64,000 nt of DNA, from assembly GCA_012513515.1 (NCBI GenBank), contig JAAZCA010000014.1:1268-65267 (forward strand). Reading direction: 5' to 3'. This DNA is from Myxococcales bacterium (GTDB taxonomy: Bacteria > UBA10199 > 2-02-FULL-44-16 > JAAZCA01). Under the pieces are notes generated by a model. That model did no database searches and was not told the origin of the DNA. It worked only from the letters and a program-made list of their open reading frames with translations. A program made the position numbers and the translations under genes. Positions 17,644 to 27,694 of this stretch are shown piece by piece. The stretch's first letter is position 1. Each line of letters opens with the position of its first letter.

Positions 17644-18966
17644 ATGGCGAAAGTACGAGTCGTGTTGGTTCTTGCAGTGGCGGTTTTTGCGGCCGTCCTC
17701 TTTATCTCAAAAGCGGTCGAAGCGGGACACAGCCCGGATGTGGTGACCTTCAACCCGGTCACGGATGGCGGAAAGTACAACGTCATCCACCAGTCGAAAA
17801 CCTTGCCACAGTGGGGATTCAACGTCGGAATGACCTTCGATTATGCCTACGAGCCGTATGAAAAAGCCACCGCCGCCGGAACGAGGATAATCGGGATAGT
17901 TGACGACCTCATGATGACCAACGTCCACGGGGCTATCGGCTGGACCGACTGGTGGTCGATGGGCGCAAATCTTCCTGTCGCGATTTGGCAAACCTGGTTT
18001 GATCCAAACCTTCCCATTGCCACCGTGCAAAAGGAGAACAAATACGGAAAACTCGGCGATGCGCGCCTCGAGATGAAATTTCGCCTTCTCGACATCGAAA
18101 GACACCACGTCGGCTTGGCGCTGGTTCCCTATATGTATTTTCCAACCGGACATTGGCAGACCTATCTCGGCAACGATATGTGGAGCCCCGGCGGAACTCT
18201 GGTTTTCGATGCCGATATAAAGAACCGCGTCTTTCTCTCTCTGAACGTCGGTTACAGGATGTATAAATATGTCCGTTACGATACGACAAACCCGAATGCG
18301 TTTCTTGATGACACCCTCAGCATGGGGGGAGGGATAAATGTCAGAATCAATGACACCTGGGCAATCACCGGTGAGGCATGGAGCGAGTCAGTCATAAAAT
18401 CCCTCTTCAAGAACCAGCTTCAGAATCCCTCGGAGTTTTTGGTCGGGACCAAAATCACTCCGCAAGGTGCGGCGAAGGGGTTGGGAATCACAGTCGGCGG
18501 AGGAAGGGCGATCACTACCGGCATAGGCGATCCTGATTTTCGCGTCCTGGTCGGCGTAAACTATCGCTACGATCGTGAGCCGCCGCCGCCGCCGCCAGTT
18601 GAAGTTGAAGCAGCGGTAGAAGAAAAGATCATCATCACCCAGAAGATTCACTTCGAGTTCAACAAGGCCGTCATAAGGCCAGTTTCTTATCCAATTCTCG
18701 ACGATGTCGTGATGTTGCTGCAGCAGAATCCGCAGCTGGGGCTTATCCGTGTTGAAGGCCACACCGACTGGATCGGGAACGATGCCTACAACCAGCGGCT
18801 GTCGGAAAAGAGGGCGAACTCCGTCCGCGAGTATCTGATCAGCAAGGGGATAGAGCCGTACAGGCTTCAGGCTGTCGGATATGGCGAGTCCAGGCCGATC
18901 GCCGACAACAATACCACAAAGGGGCGCGCCCGCAATAGGCGAACGGAATTTACGGTCGTGCAGTAA
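17644..18966 (+). CDS. OmpA-family outer-membrane protein (N-terminal beta-barrel, poly-Pro linker, C-terminal OmpA peptidoglycan-binding domain)
   Basis: It has a signal peptide, a PPPPPPVEVEAAVEE linker and a C-terminal OmpA_C domain (NQRLSEKRANSVREYL ... NRRTEFTVV). Confidence 0.85.
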   Translation: MAKVRVVLVLAVAVFAAVLFISKAVEAGHSPDVVTFNPVTDGGKYNVIHQSKTLPQWGFNVGMTFDYAYEPYEKATAAGTRIIGIVDDLMMTNVHGAIGWTDWWSMGANLPVAIWQTWFDPNLPIATVQKENKYGKLGDARLEMKFRLLDIERHHVGLALVPYMYFPTGHWQTYLGNDMWSPGGTLVFDADIKNRVFLSLNVGYRMYKYVRYDTTNPNAFLDDTLSMGGGINVRINDTWAITGEAWSESVIKSLFKNQLQNPSEFLVGTKITPQGAAKGLGITVGGGRAITTGIGDPDFRVLVGVNYRYDREPPPPPPVEVEAAVEEKIIITQKIHFEFNKAVIRPVSYPILDDVVMLLQQNPQLGLIRVEGHTDWIGNDAYNQRLSEKRANSVREYLISKGIEPYRLQAVGYGESRPIADNNTTKGRARNRRTEFTVVQ

Positions 18967-18987
18967 ATTTCAAGAAGCAAACTAACT

Positions 18988-19136
18988 TCGACCATGGACA
19001 ATTGACCTCTGTTTTTCCCAGTCACGCTTGTTACGGGATCCCCGATAGAACCATTCGGGGATGACGACCTTTTCGACACTCGGGGATGACAATCACGCCG
19101 TCATTCCCGCGGTTTTAAGCCGCCGCTAACGCGGGG
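18988..19136. repeat. composite intergenic repeat (CGACCATGGACAATTGACCTCTGTTTTTCCCAGTCACG + GGGATCCCCGAT + CGGGGATGAC x2 + GTCATTCCCGCGG + AAGCCGCCGCTAACGCGGGG)
   Basis: It belongs to the same family. Confidence 0.8.
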
Positions 19137-19192
19137 TTCCGACTGTTTCTTAACCTTGATTTTCACTGAAAAATCGATTCTACCTGGCCAGG

Positions 19193-21334
19193 ATGGCTAA
19201 TAAATTCACAGAACGGGCTCCACTTGCGACCCCTGTGCAGTACGTAAAAGGGGTTGGTCCGGTCTTGGCAGGGAAGCTCCTCAAGATGGGGATCTTGACC
19301 GTTGGAGATCTCCTCGCGGTAACTCCCATCAGATATCTTGACCGCAGGAATCTCATCAAGATTTCAGAACTCACTCCCGGGAAGGATCGAACGATCGCCG
19401 GCGAGATAGTGAGAAGCAATATAGCTTTTATGGGACGGCGTAAAAAAAGAATTTATGAACTGGTTGTCGATGACGGCACCGGCAAGGTCTCCGCGAAATT
19501 TTTTCATTTCAGGCAGAGCTATTTCGAAGATCGTTACAGGGTTGGAAGCCGGATTCTGCTATCCGGAGAGGCGAGCGCATTTTCGCAGCGCCTGCAATTC
19601 ATCCATCCGGAAACGGAAATTCTGGGGGAAGGGGATGATGCCGCCTCGATAGGAAGAATAATCCCGGTTTATCCCCTGACCGAGGGACTCTACCAAAAGA
19701 CCATGCGCAAGATAATCAGAAATGCATGGGACAGATTCAACGGGCACATAAAGCCGATCTTCCCAGAAAAATTTACCGAAAAATTCAATTTGGCCGATCC
19801 TTGGAAGTGCCTTCAGGAGATGCATTTCCCGTCGAACGATCTCGACCCGGAGCTGCTTACCATAGGGCGTTCGATAGCGCACAGGACGCTTATATTCGAC
19901 GAGTTTTTCTTTCTGGAACTTGGGCTGGCGCTTCGAAGAAAAAATCATTCGGTGAAACCGGGGATCGCGTTTCCAAGGAATGATGAAATTCACAGCAAAT
20001 TCATATCATCTCTGCCTTTCGAACTTACGGCGGCTCAGAAGAGGGTGACAGACGAAATATTCAACGACATGAGTTCCCCAAGGCCGATGAACCGGCTCCT
20101 GCAGGGGGACGTCGGCAGCGGCAAGACGGTCGTGGCCCTCATTGCCGCCCTCAGGGCGATATCGGCGGGATATCAGGCTGCGATAATGGCCCCAACAGAA
20201 ATTCTGGCGGAACAGCATTTTTTGACGATAGATCGCTTCGCTAAAAACGGCGGATTCAACTATGCGCTTTTGACCAGCTCGGTGAAGGGCTTCGAGCGGG
20301 AAAAAATTATCGCAGGCCTCGCAGACGGATCGATATCGCTTGCGGTTGGAACGCATGCGCTGATTCAGGAAGGGGTTAAATTTCAAAAGCTTGGCTTTAT
20401 AACGGTGGACGAGCAGCACAGATTCGGCGTCATGCAGCGCGCTGAGATCAGGGATAAGGGTTCTCCTGAAAACGCCGATCGCGGCTGGCCGGACATACTC
20501 ATAATGACTGCGACTCCTATACCGAGGACGCTGGCGATGACTCTCTACGGAGACCTCGATGTTTCGGTGATAGATGAACTTCCAAAGGGAAGAAAGCCGA
20601 TTGTTACTCGCTTATACGAGGAGCATAATCGAAAGAAGCTCTATGACGGTATGCTGCATGAATTGAAAAGCGGCAGACAGGTGTACGTAGTCTATCCTCT
20701 TATAGAGGAGAGCGAAAAGGTCGATCTGAAAAATGCGACCGACATGTCAAAGGAAATTGCGCGCATCTTCGAACCGCAGTTTAAAGTTGAGCTGCTCCAC
20801 GGGAGGATGGCTGGCGAGCGCAAAGAGGAGATCATGCGCGCATTCAAGGAAAATCGCGTTCATATTCTTGTGGCGACTTCGGTCGTAGAAGTTGGCGTCG
20901 ATGTTCCCAACGCATCGGTGATGGTGATCGAACACGCCGAGCGCTTCGGCCTTTCGCAGCTCCATCAGCTGCGCGGTCGCGTCGGTCGCAGCGAGCACCA
21001 GTCCTATTGCATATTGATGACCAATTACAGGAGAACCGAGGAGTCGGGGACCAGGCTCGCCGTTATGCTTGAGACGACCGACGGCTTCAAAATCGCGGAG
21101 GAGGATCTCGCTATAAGGGGGCCCGGGGAATTTCTCGGCACGAGACAGTCCGGACTTCCACCATTTAGAATTGCAAACCTTGCGCGCGATGTTGGAATAC
21201 TGTCGCAGGCGAGGCAGGCGGCTTTCGATTTGATAGCCGCCGACCCCAAACTTTCAGCTGCGGAAAATTTGCGGATAAAAGAAGTTCTGCTGTCGCGCTG
21301 GGCTGGAAGGATGAATCTGGCGGATATATCGTGA
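19193..21334 (+). CDS. recG: ATP-dependent DNA helicase RecG
   Basis: It has an N-terminal wedge domain and helicase motifs I (GDVGSGKT), DEQHRFG and QLRGRVGR. Confidence 0.92.
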   Translation: MANKFTERAPLATPVQYVKGVGPVLAGKLLKMGILTVGDLLAVTPIRYLDRRNLIKISELTPGKDRTIAGEIVRSNIAFMGRRKKRIYELVVDDGTGKVSAKFFHFRQSYFEDRYRVGSRILLSGEASAFSQRLQFIHPETEILGEGDDAASIGRIIPVYPLTEGLYQKTMRKIIRNAWDRFNGHIKPIFPEKFTEKFNLADPWKCLQEMHFPSNDLDPELLTIGRSIAHRTLIFDEFFFLELGLALRRKNHSVKPGIAFPRNDEIHSKFISSLPFELTAAQKRVTDEIFNDMSSPRPMNRLLQGDVGSGKTVVALIAALRAISAGYQAAIMAPTEILAEQHFLTIDRFAKNGGFNYALLTSSVKGFEREKIIAGLADGSISLAVGTHALIQEGVKFQKLGFITVDEQHRFGVMQRAEIRDKGSPENADRGWPDILIMTATPIPRTLAMTLYGDLDVSVIDELPKGRKPIVTRLYEEHNRKKLYDGMLHELKSGRQVYVVYPLIEESEKVDLKNATDMSKEIARIFEPQFKVELLHGRMAGERKEEIMRAFKENRVHILVATSVVEVGVDVPNASVMVIEHAERFGLSQLHQLRGRVGRSEHQSYCILMTNYRRTEESGTRLAVMLETTDGFKIAEEDLAIRGPGEFLGTRQSGLPPFRIANLARDVGILSQARQAAFDLIAADPKLSAAENLRIKEVLLSRWAGRMNLADIS

Positions 21335-21335
21335 C

Positions 21336-21450
21336 AGCCGTGACTCGTAACTGGTGAACGGTTGGAACCCCGCGGTAGCGGCGGCTTAATGCCGCGGGAA
21401 TGACATTCATAGTGTCATCCCCGAATGACGAGAAGGTCGTCATCCCCAGT
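21336..21450. repeat. composite intergenic repeat (inverted orientation of the CCGCGG/GTCATTCCC/GTCATCCCC modules)
   Basis: AGCCGTGACTCGTAACTGGTGAACGG ... CCCCGCGGTAGCGGCGGCTTAATGCCGCGGGAATGAC ... GTCATCCCC x2. Confidence 0.78.
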
Positions 21451-21572
21451 GTAAACAGAGATCTTGTTGTAACATGCTGAAATTAAACGATAAATCTGCA
21501 TTATAAGCTTGTTATATGGTATGATATGTTAGTAATTGATTTTTTTACAGTATTATAATATAGTAGTGATCT

Positions 21573-23033
21573 ATGAGCGAACAAGTTCAAATCTATCTTA
21601 ATAACCAAATATCTAAAATACCTGCGTTTTTAGACGCTTATCTCCATGATCGCAGCGGTAAATTATATGCAAAACGCCATCTTTTTGACCGTGTAATGAG
21701 CCGTGTGAACAATTTTCTACAAAATCGTTCTGAGGTGAGATTTATTGGCATTTCAGGGCTTAGAGGGGTTGGCAAGACCACCTTGCTCGCTCAACTGTCT
21801 AAAGAAATTATCTCAAAATACCCAAAGGATTTTCTTTATTTGACGATGGATGAGGTGACAGGAGTCCTTCAGAGCGATTTGTTGGAAGTTCTAACGGAAT
21901 ATGAAAAAATTATAGGTTGTTCTTTCGAAGAAATTAAACGGCCTGTTTTTATTTTTATTGATGAAGTTCATTTTGATGAAAAATGGACGCTGGCATTGAA
22001 AACTATTTACGATAAATCTAAACATATATTTGTTATATGTACAGGCTCGTCCGCGCTTTCTTTGCGCGCGACTCCAGATCTTGCAAGAAGAATCTTATTT
22101 GAAAAACTTTATCCGATGAAATTTTCAGAATATATTTTTCTTAAAAATCACGACGATATTGTTTTAAATCAAAAAAAGTTAAATGGTAGTGTGTCAAACG
22201 ACTTGAGCGCAAAGATTGTTCAGGCTTTGTTGTACAGTCCAAGCGGAAAATCTTGTTATGAATCTTTTTTGAAGCTTGAAAAGGATATTAAAGAGTTTTG
22301 GTATGGGTTGAACGCTTTGGAAATGGAAAGATTCCTAAAATTTGGCAATCTGCCTTTTGCATTAAAAGAAACAGAGGAATTCGATTGTTTAAAATTGATT
22401 TTAGAAATTATCGACAGGATTGTTGAAAAGGATATTCCAGCACTAGGAAAGTTTAAAATTGAAACTTTGTCTCGAGCAAAAAATATTCTTTTAATGTTGG
22501 CTTCCGGTGACGAAACTAGTTTTACGAGTTTTGCCAAAAGTTTAAATAATATTTCAATAATCACTCTTCAAGATTTGTTTGATGCGTTTGAAAAAGCTGA
22601 GATTTTGTTTCGTGTTTATCCCTATGGTTCGGCTTTTAAAAAGGTGAGAAAGCCGTCCAAGTATCTCTTTATGTCTCCATCCCTTCGTTATGCATTGCTT
22701 AGTGTCGTAGAGGGGCGCAATGCTTATTTAACCCATAAAGGAAAATATTTGGAAGATGTTGTGTGTATGACATTAATTTCAAGCGCTGAGGATATTATTG
22801 TGAAATCCCTTTTTTACGATAGCTCAAAAGGTGGCGCTGATTTTATTATAAAAATTGGAGATAAAAAAATTGTATTAGAGGTCGGTTTTGGGGAAAAAGG
22901 TAATGATCAAATTTTATATACGATGAGAAGGACGAAGGCGAATTATGGGGTTTTAATATCAGAAACAGAATTAAATTTTGATAGTGAGAACAATATCGTA
23001 AAAATACCGCTGCAAACGTTTTTAAGCATATAA
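21573..23033 (+). CDS. AAA+ superfamily ATPase (COG1373-like, DUF4143 C-terminal domain)
   Basis: It has the Walker A GISGLRGVGKTTLL and the Walker B FIFIDEVH. The gene and its upstream region are markedly AT-rich compared with the flanking DNA. Confidence 0.8.
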   Translation: MSEQVQIYLNNQISKIPAFLDAYLHDRSGKLYAKRHLFDRVMSRVNNFLQNRSEVRFIGISGLRGVGKTTLLAQLSKEIISKYPKDFLYLTMDEVTGVLQSDLLEVLTEYEKIIGCSFEEIKRPVFIFIDEVHFDEKWTLALKTIYDKSKHIFVICTGSSALSLRATPDLARRILFEKLYPMKFSEYIFLKNHDDIVLNQKKLNGSVSNDLSAKIVQALLYSPSGKSCYESFLKLEKDIKEFWYGLNALEMERFLKFGNLPFALKETEEFDCLKLILEIIDRIVEKDIPALGKFKIETLSRAKNILLMLASGDETSFTSFAKSLNNISIITLQDLFDAFEKAEILFRVYPYGSAFKKVRKPSKYLFMSPSLRYALLSVVEGRNAYLTHKGKYLEDVVCMTLISSAEDIIVKSLFYDSSKGGADFIIKIGDKKIVLEVGFGEKGNDQILYTMRRTKANYGVLISETELNFDSENNIVKIPLQTFLSI

Positions 23034-23040
23034 TTTGAAC

Positions 23041-23165
23041 AGCCGTGACTGGTGAGACAAGAAGGTCGTCATCACCGAATGGTTCTATCGGGGATCCCGC
23101 AACGACCGTGACTTGTGACTAGTGACTCGTAACTGGTGAACGGTTGGAACGGGATCCCGCAACAA
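23041..23165. repeat. composite intergenic repeat (AGCCGTGACTGGTGA, GTCATCACCGA, CGGGGATCCCGCAACGACCGTGACT, GTAACTGGTGAACGGTTGGAAC, GGGATCCCGC)
   Basis: It belongs to the same family. Confidence 0.78.
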
Positions 23166-23185
23166 CAGTAGTGAGTGATACGCAT

Positions 23186-24052
23186 ATGAATAAACTAACG
23201 CACACACGACTTCCCGAATGGCTCAAGAATCGCTGTGGAAATGTCGCATCGACTCATGATTTGAAATCGCGCCTGCGAAAAAGAGGGCTCCGTACCGTAT
23301 GCGAAGCTGCCAAATGCCCCAATATTGGAGAATGCTTCGAGCGTGGGACGGCGACATTCATGATAATGGGCGATCTCTGCACGAGAAACTGCAGGTTTTG
23401 CAATGTAAAGCATGGGCTGCCGCAGCCTCTCGATCGGGAGGAACCTGTGCGGGTTGCTGCGGAAATTTCAGAACTAAAACTTCGTCATGCGGTGATCACA
23501 TCGGTCACGCGCGATGACCTTCCGGACGGCGGAGCAGCGCACTTTCGCAAAACTATCGAGGCCATCCGTTCGCATTCTCCTAAAACTACTATAGAAGTTC
23601 TCACACCAGATTTCGAGGGGCGTGAAAAGGAGATATCCGAGGTTTGTTCCGCTGCTCCGCAGATATTCAACCACAATATTGAAACCGTAGAGCGCCTCAC
23701 GCCATCCATAAGAAGCATGGCAAGCTACCGAAGGTCGCTCTCCGTCCTTGAATTCGCAAAGAGGAATTATCCTGACATTCTGGTGAAGAGCGGAATCATC
23801 GTAGGTCTTGGTGAACGCCGGGAGGAAATACTTGAGACTCTAGCCGATCTGAAAACGCTTGGCTGCGATATAGTCACAATCGGCCAGTATTTGAGGCCTT
23901 CCAGGAAAGCGATTGCTGTCCACGAATATCTCGAACCGGAATATTTTACAAAACTGGAAGAAGATGGCAAAAAGCTCGGGTTTAAATATATATTTGCGGG
24001 TCCTCTGGTGAGAAGTTCATATATGGCGGAAATGGTTTTAAAGGAGTTCTAA
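23186..24052 (+). CDS. lipA: lipoyl synthase
   Basis: It has both Fe-S cysteine clusters (CEAAKCPNIGEC and CTRNCRFC). The start was reset to the ATG at 23186 because the ORF-track start at 23144 lies inside a repeat element. Confidence 0.9.
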   Translation: MNKLTHTRLPEWLKNRCGNVASTHDLKSRLRKRGLRTVCEAAKCPNIGECFERGTATFMIMGDLCTRNCRFCNVKHGLPQPLDREEPVRVAAEISELKLRHAVITSVTRDDLPDGGAAHFRKTIEAIRSHSPKTTIEVLTPDFEGREKEISEVCSAAPQIFNHNIETVERLTPSIRSMASYRRSLSVLEFAKRNYPDILVKSGIIVGLGERREEILETLADLKTLGCDIVTIGQYLRPSRKAIAVHEYLEPEYFTKLEEDGKKLGFKYIFAGPLVRSSYMAEMVLKEF

Positions 24053-24054
24053 AA

Positions 24055-24480
24055 ATGGTCACTGTCGAAAAATCGATACTCATAGGATCCCCGCGCGAAA
24101 AGGTCTTTGATGTAATATCGGCCTTTGAAGAGTACCCCGAATTTTTGGATGAAGTTACAAGGGCGAAAATAATCAAAAAATCGCCCAAGGGATCAACCGC
24201 TCAGTTTACGATGAACGTGATGCAGGAGGTTTCCTACACCTTGAAATTCTCCTCCGATAAACCTGAGAAACTTTCATGGAGCTTTATCGAGGGAGACAAA
24301 CTTCTAAAGGATAACCGCGGTTGGTGGGGGCTTAAATCTAAAAACAGGAAGGCTACTGAACTTACCTATCACATAGACCTCGAGTTTTCTATCTGGCTTC
24401 CGGAGTCGATGGTTTTGGGGTTGCTTTCCGAACACGTCGAGAAGATGCTGGCAAAAGTCAAGGCGCGGGTGGAAAAATGA
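24055..24480 (+). CDS. SRPBCC-family protein (polyketide cyclase/RatA/CoQ-binding-like)
   Basis: It is 141 aa with a START/Bet-v1-like profile, and it is translationally coupled to lipA. Confidence 0.7.
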   Translation: MVTVEKSILIGSPREKVFDVISAFEEYPEFLDEVTRAKIIKKSPKGSTAQFTMNVMQEVSYTLKFSSDKPEKLSWSFIEGDKLLKDNRGWWGLKSKNRKATELTYHIDLEFSIWLPESMVLGLLSEHVEKMLAKVKARVEK

Positions 24481-24494
24481 CAGCCTCTTCACCA

Positions 24495-24570
24495 CTCACC
24501 AGTCACGGCTGTTACGGGATCCCCGATAAAAGCACTCGGGGATGACACCATGAATGTCATTCCCGCATGC
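24495..24570. repeat. composite intergenic repeat between convergent genes (CACCAGTCACGG, GGGATCCCCGAT, CACTCGGGGATGAC, GTCATTCCCGC)
   Basis: It belongs to the same family. Confidence 0.78.
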
Positions 24571-24571
24571 T

Positions 24572-26650
24572 TTATACTTCTTTCCCAGGGCTGAGCTCCT
24601 TGGCATATCTCCCAAGTGCCAGAAGAGGAAAGTAGTGGCGGTATCCGTGATATCTGATGTAGAAATGCCTCTCGAATCCGGTCCCCGTATAATGCTTCTC
24701 ATCCCATCCGCCCTCTGCATTGCGGTTGTTCAGAAGCCAGGCAGCCCCGCGACTTGCGGCCTTTCCCTTGGCGCGACCGCCGGCAATCAGCCCCATGAGG
24801 GCCCAGGCAGTCTGCGATGGGAGGCTGACGTTATAGCCGGAAAACTCTTTGACATCCTCGTATGTAATAGGGGATTCACTCCAGCCCCCATCTGCCCTTT
24901 GGATTGACTCCAGCCAATTCAGGGCCTTCACTATGCGCTCATCGGATGGATCTACGCCGATAGCGGAAAGGCCCATAAGTACATTCCAGGTCCCGTAGAT
25001 GTAATTTACGCCCCATCTGCCGAACCATGCGCCGAAGGGTTTCTGGCGGTTCCAGATGAACTCTATTGCGCGGGCGACGCGAGGGTCATCCTTCGTATAA
25101 CCTTTTGTGACAAGGTACTCGAGCATCCTTCCGGTGATATCCGGGGTCGAGGGGTCGAGGCATGCCTTGTGGTCCGAAAAGGGTATTCGATTGACGAGCT
25201 GCTGATTCTGGTTGATATCGAAGGCCCCCCAGCCGCCATCCTTGCATTGCATGGAGAGCATCCAGTCTATGCCAACGGCAACCGCCTCAGATTTTTCCTC
25301 CTCCGGAATAGCTGTCCTGTCTATGGCCGTGAGGACCTCTATCGTGTCATCGACGTCAGGAAAATAGTCATTCTCAAATTCGAAGGACCACCCGCCTGGT
25401 TTTGCAAGGGGGTTTTTGATCTTCCAGTCGCCTTTTACTGTTCTTATCTGTTTCCCTATGAGCCATCTGGCTGCCTTGAGAAGGGCGGGGTGGTCAGGAG
25501 GGAGTCCCGTCTCGAGAAGCGCCATCATCATCCATGGCGTATCCCATACCGGCGATATGCAGCACTGCTGATGTATCCTATTTCCGTCGCTTTTGGAAAC
25601 AAATGGGTCCTTGCCAATCTCACGAATTTTCGACGGGCGTGCTGCAGGGGTGTCGCGAATTTCATCCGGAAGCGCAGGTATTTCAGCTGTCGCATAACGC
25701 TGTTGAAACATTTTTAGCGCCTGGAAGGGCTTTCTTATCTGCGGCGAATCGTTGTGATATCCGATGGCTTTGAATGCAAGGGCACAGTAAGCCAGCGCGG
25801 GATATATGTCCTCGGTCCTCTTTACATGCTCCCATGTCCATTCAGAACACTTTGAAATCGCATACTTACGTAGTGGACTAATAGGTATTTTGTTAAGGAT
25901 CTTTAAAGCTTTATCTGTGATTAGGAACATATTTTCAATAGAGATAAGGCCTTTTTCATGCTTAAACCGAAACTTTCTCTGTTCAGGTTTATCTCTAAAG
26001 AGCTCGTCTAATGTTATGTTATTAGGAGCTTTTTTATTTTTTTTCAGCGTCATGAAAATTAGCAGAGGCACGATCGTAGCGCGCGCCCAGCTGGAGAACT
26101 CGTATATGTTAAATGGTATCCAGTTCGGCATCAGTATAAACCATGCCGGCATCTCAGGGCATGCCGACCACGGGATGATGCCGAACATGGCAAGGTGTAT
26201 CTTTGTGAAAACACGACATTCCTCTATTCCGCCATTTTTGACGATGTATTGTCTGGCTTTGACCATATTTTCATCATCGGCCGGGACGCCGGCTATGCGC
26301 AATGCGAAATAAGACTCGATCGTCGTGGAGAGATCGGGAGGGCCATCGTGATAGATAGCCCAGGTTCCATCTGAACGCTGGACATCGAGGATTCGGTTTT
26401 TGATTCCTTCCTGAATTTCAGCATCGACCTCGCCGAGATAGTGCATGAGGTATATAAACTCCGCTCCGATCGTCTCGTTGGCCTCAAGGGAATACCACCA
26501 GTATCCATCCTGGCGCTGCTGGGAAAGAAATCGTTCGACGGTGGGGGCGAGTGAGGAGAGCAGCCCATCCCGCGTAAGCTCTTTAGCGTCAGCGGGTGTC
26601 GGTTCGAGATCCCTTGAAATGCTCTCTTTTATAGCTGCGTTATCCTTCAT
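24572..26650 (-). CDS. shc: squalene-hopene cyclase
   Basis: It has QW repeats (QRQDGYWW, DGGWG, DGGW) and the DVDDT catalytic motif (FPDVDDTIEV). The start ATG at 26650 follows a GGAGG Shine-Dalgarno, whereas the ORF-track start at 26665 is a TTG. Confidence 0.9.
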   Translation of the reverse strand: MKDNAAIKESISRDLEPTPADAKELTRDGLLSSLAPTVERFLSQQRQDGYWWYSLEANETIGAEFIYLMHYLGEVDAEIQEGIKNRILDVQRSDGTWAIYHDGPPDLSTTIESYFALRIAGVPADDENMVKARQYIVKNGGIEECRVFTKIHLAMFGIIPWSACPEMPAWFILMPNWIPFNIYEFSSWARATIVPLLIFMTLKKNKKAPNNITLDELFRDKPEQRKFRFKHEKGLISIENMFLITDKALKILNKIPISPLRKYAISKCSEWTWEHVKRTEDIYPALAYCALAFKAIGYHNDSPQIRKPFQALKMFQQRYATAEIPALPDEIRDTPAARPSKIREIGKDPFVSKSDGNRIHQQCCISPVWDTPWMMMALLETGLPPDHPALLKAARWLIGKQIRTVKGDWKIKNPLAKPGGWSFEFENDYFPDVDDTIEVLTAIDRTAIPEEEKSEAVAVGIDWMLSMQCKDGGWGAFDINQNQQLVNRIPFSDHKACLDPSTPDITGRMLEYLVTKGYTKDDPRVARAIEFIWNRQKPFGAWFGRWGVNYIYGTWNVLMGLSAIGVDPSDERIVKALNWLESIQRADGGWSESPITYEDVKEFSGYNVSLPSQTAWALMGLIAGGRAKGKAASRGAAWLLNNRNAEGGWDEKHYTGTGFERHFYIRYHGYRHYFPLLALGRYAKELSPGKEV

Positions 26651-26731
26651 ATGACAATCCTCCAATCTCGGGGCCGAACTCCTGATATCCCCGTAAAGAC
26701 GTATAAGAAATATTATGTCTGGTAGCGCGGC

Positions 26732-27640
26732 TCAGCGCCGAAGGGTCTCCACCTCTATACCGCTCTCCTTGAAGAAACCCTTCAATCTTTCTATCAGGCG
26801 CTCCTCTATTTGTCTAACCCTTTCTTTTGATATGCCAAATTGCTCGGCGATCTCCTTTAGCGTCAGCGGAACTTCGGAGAGCAACCTCTCCTTAAAAATC
26901 TTTTTTTCACGATCACTTAGCGTCTCAGAGAACTCGGCGAACTTATCTTTAAGAAGTTGCTCCGTCTGATGCTCGGCCAGCGCTACGTCCGGAGTCGCCG
27001 CCGCCGAGGCTATAGTATCCTGCCAGCGCCCGCCTTCATTATCATCCTGTTTTCTGATCGGTGCCTCGAGAGCTAGCTCAGGCGTAGTCAGGCGCCTATG
27101 CATATCCTCCACCGCATCCGCATCTACCCCCAGCCTCTTTGAAAGCTCTACGGGTGTAGCTACATAACCCATTGATTCTAAACGTTCTTTTTCGCGTATC
27201 AGATTGTAGAAGAGTTTTTTCTGTTCCTTGGTCGTGCCTATTTTGATCATCCTGAAGTTATCTATTATATACTTTAGGATGTACGACCTGATCCACCATG
27301 TCGCATAATGAGCCAGCCTTGAGCCCTTGTCGGGCTGAAAGTGTTTTACCGCCTGAAGAAGCCCTATGCTCCCCTCTTGTATCAGGTCATGGACGTTATA
27401 GTTGGCGCTACGATACTCCATGGCTATCTTGGCAACCAATCGCAGATGTGAAATTACGAGCTGCTTGGCGGCCTCGATGTCCCCATGTTCGCGGTACCTC
27501 TTAGTGAGCTCGAGCTCCTCCGCATGAGTGAGCATCGGATAGCTCGCGACCTCCTGCATATACCTCTGCAGAGGATCGAGGGCCACCAACGATTCCACCC
27601 GCCCACATTTGGGTTTATTGGTGTTTCCTGAGCTGATCAT
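26732..27640 (-). CDS. rpoH: RNA polymerase sigma-70 family factor, RpoH (sigma-32)-like
   Basis: It has region 2 (LVISHLRLVAKIAMEY), an RpoH-box-like QKKLFYNLIR motif, and a 4.2 HTH region (LKEIAEQFGISKERVRQIEE). Confidence 0.8.
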   Translation of the reverse strand: MISSGNTNKPKCGRVESLVALDPLQRYMQEVASYPMLTHAEELELTKRYREHGDIEAAKQLVISHLRLVAKIAMEYRSANYNVHDLIQEGSIGLLQAVKHFQPDKGSRLAHYATWWIRSYILKYIIDNFRMIKIGTTKEQKKLFYNLIREKERLESMGYVATPVELSKRLGVDADAVEDMHRRLTTPELALEAPIRKQDDNEGGRWQDTIASAAATPDVALAEHQTEQLLKDKFAEFSETLSDREKKIFKERLLSEVPLTLKEIAEQFGISKERVRQIEERLIERLKGFFKESGIEVETLRR

Positions 27641-27694
27641 CGGGCGATAGCTCTATAATATCAAGGAATTAGGAGCAAGATAATTGTGCCCCGT

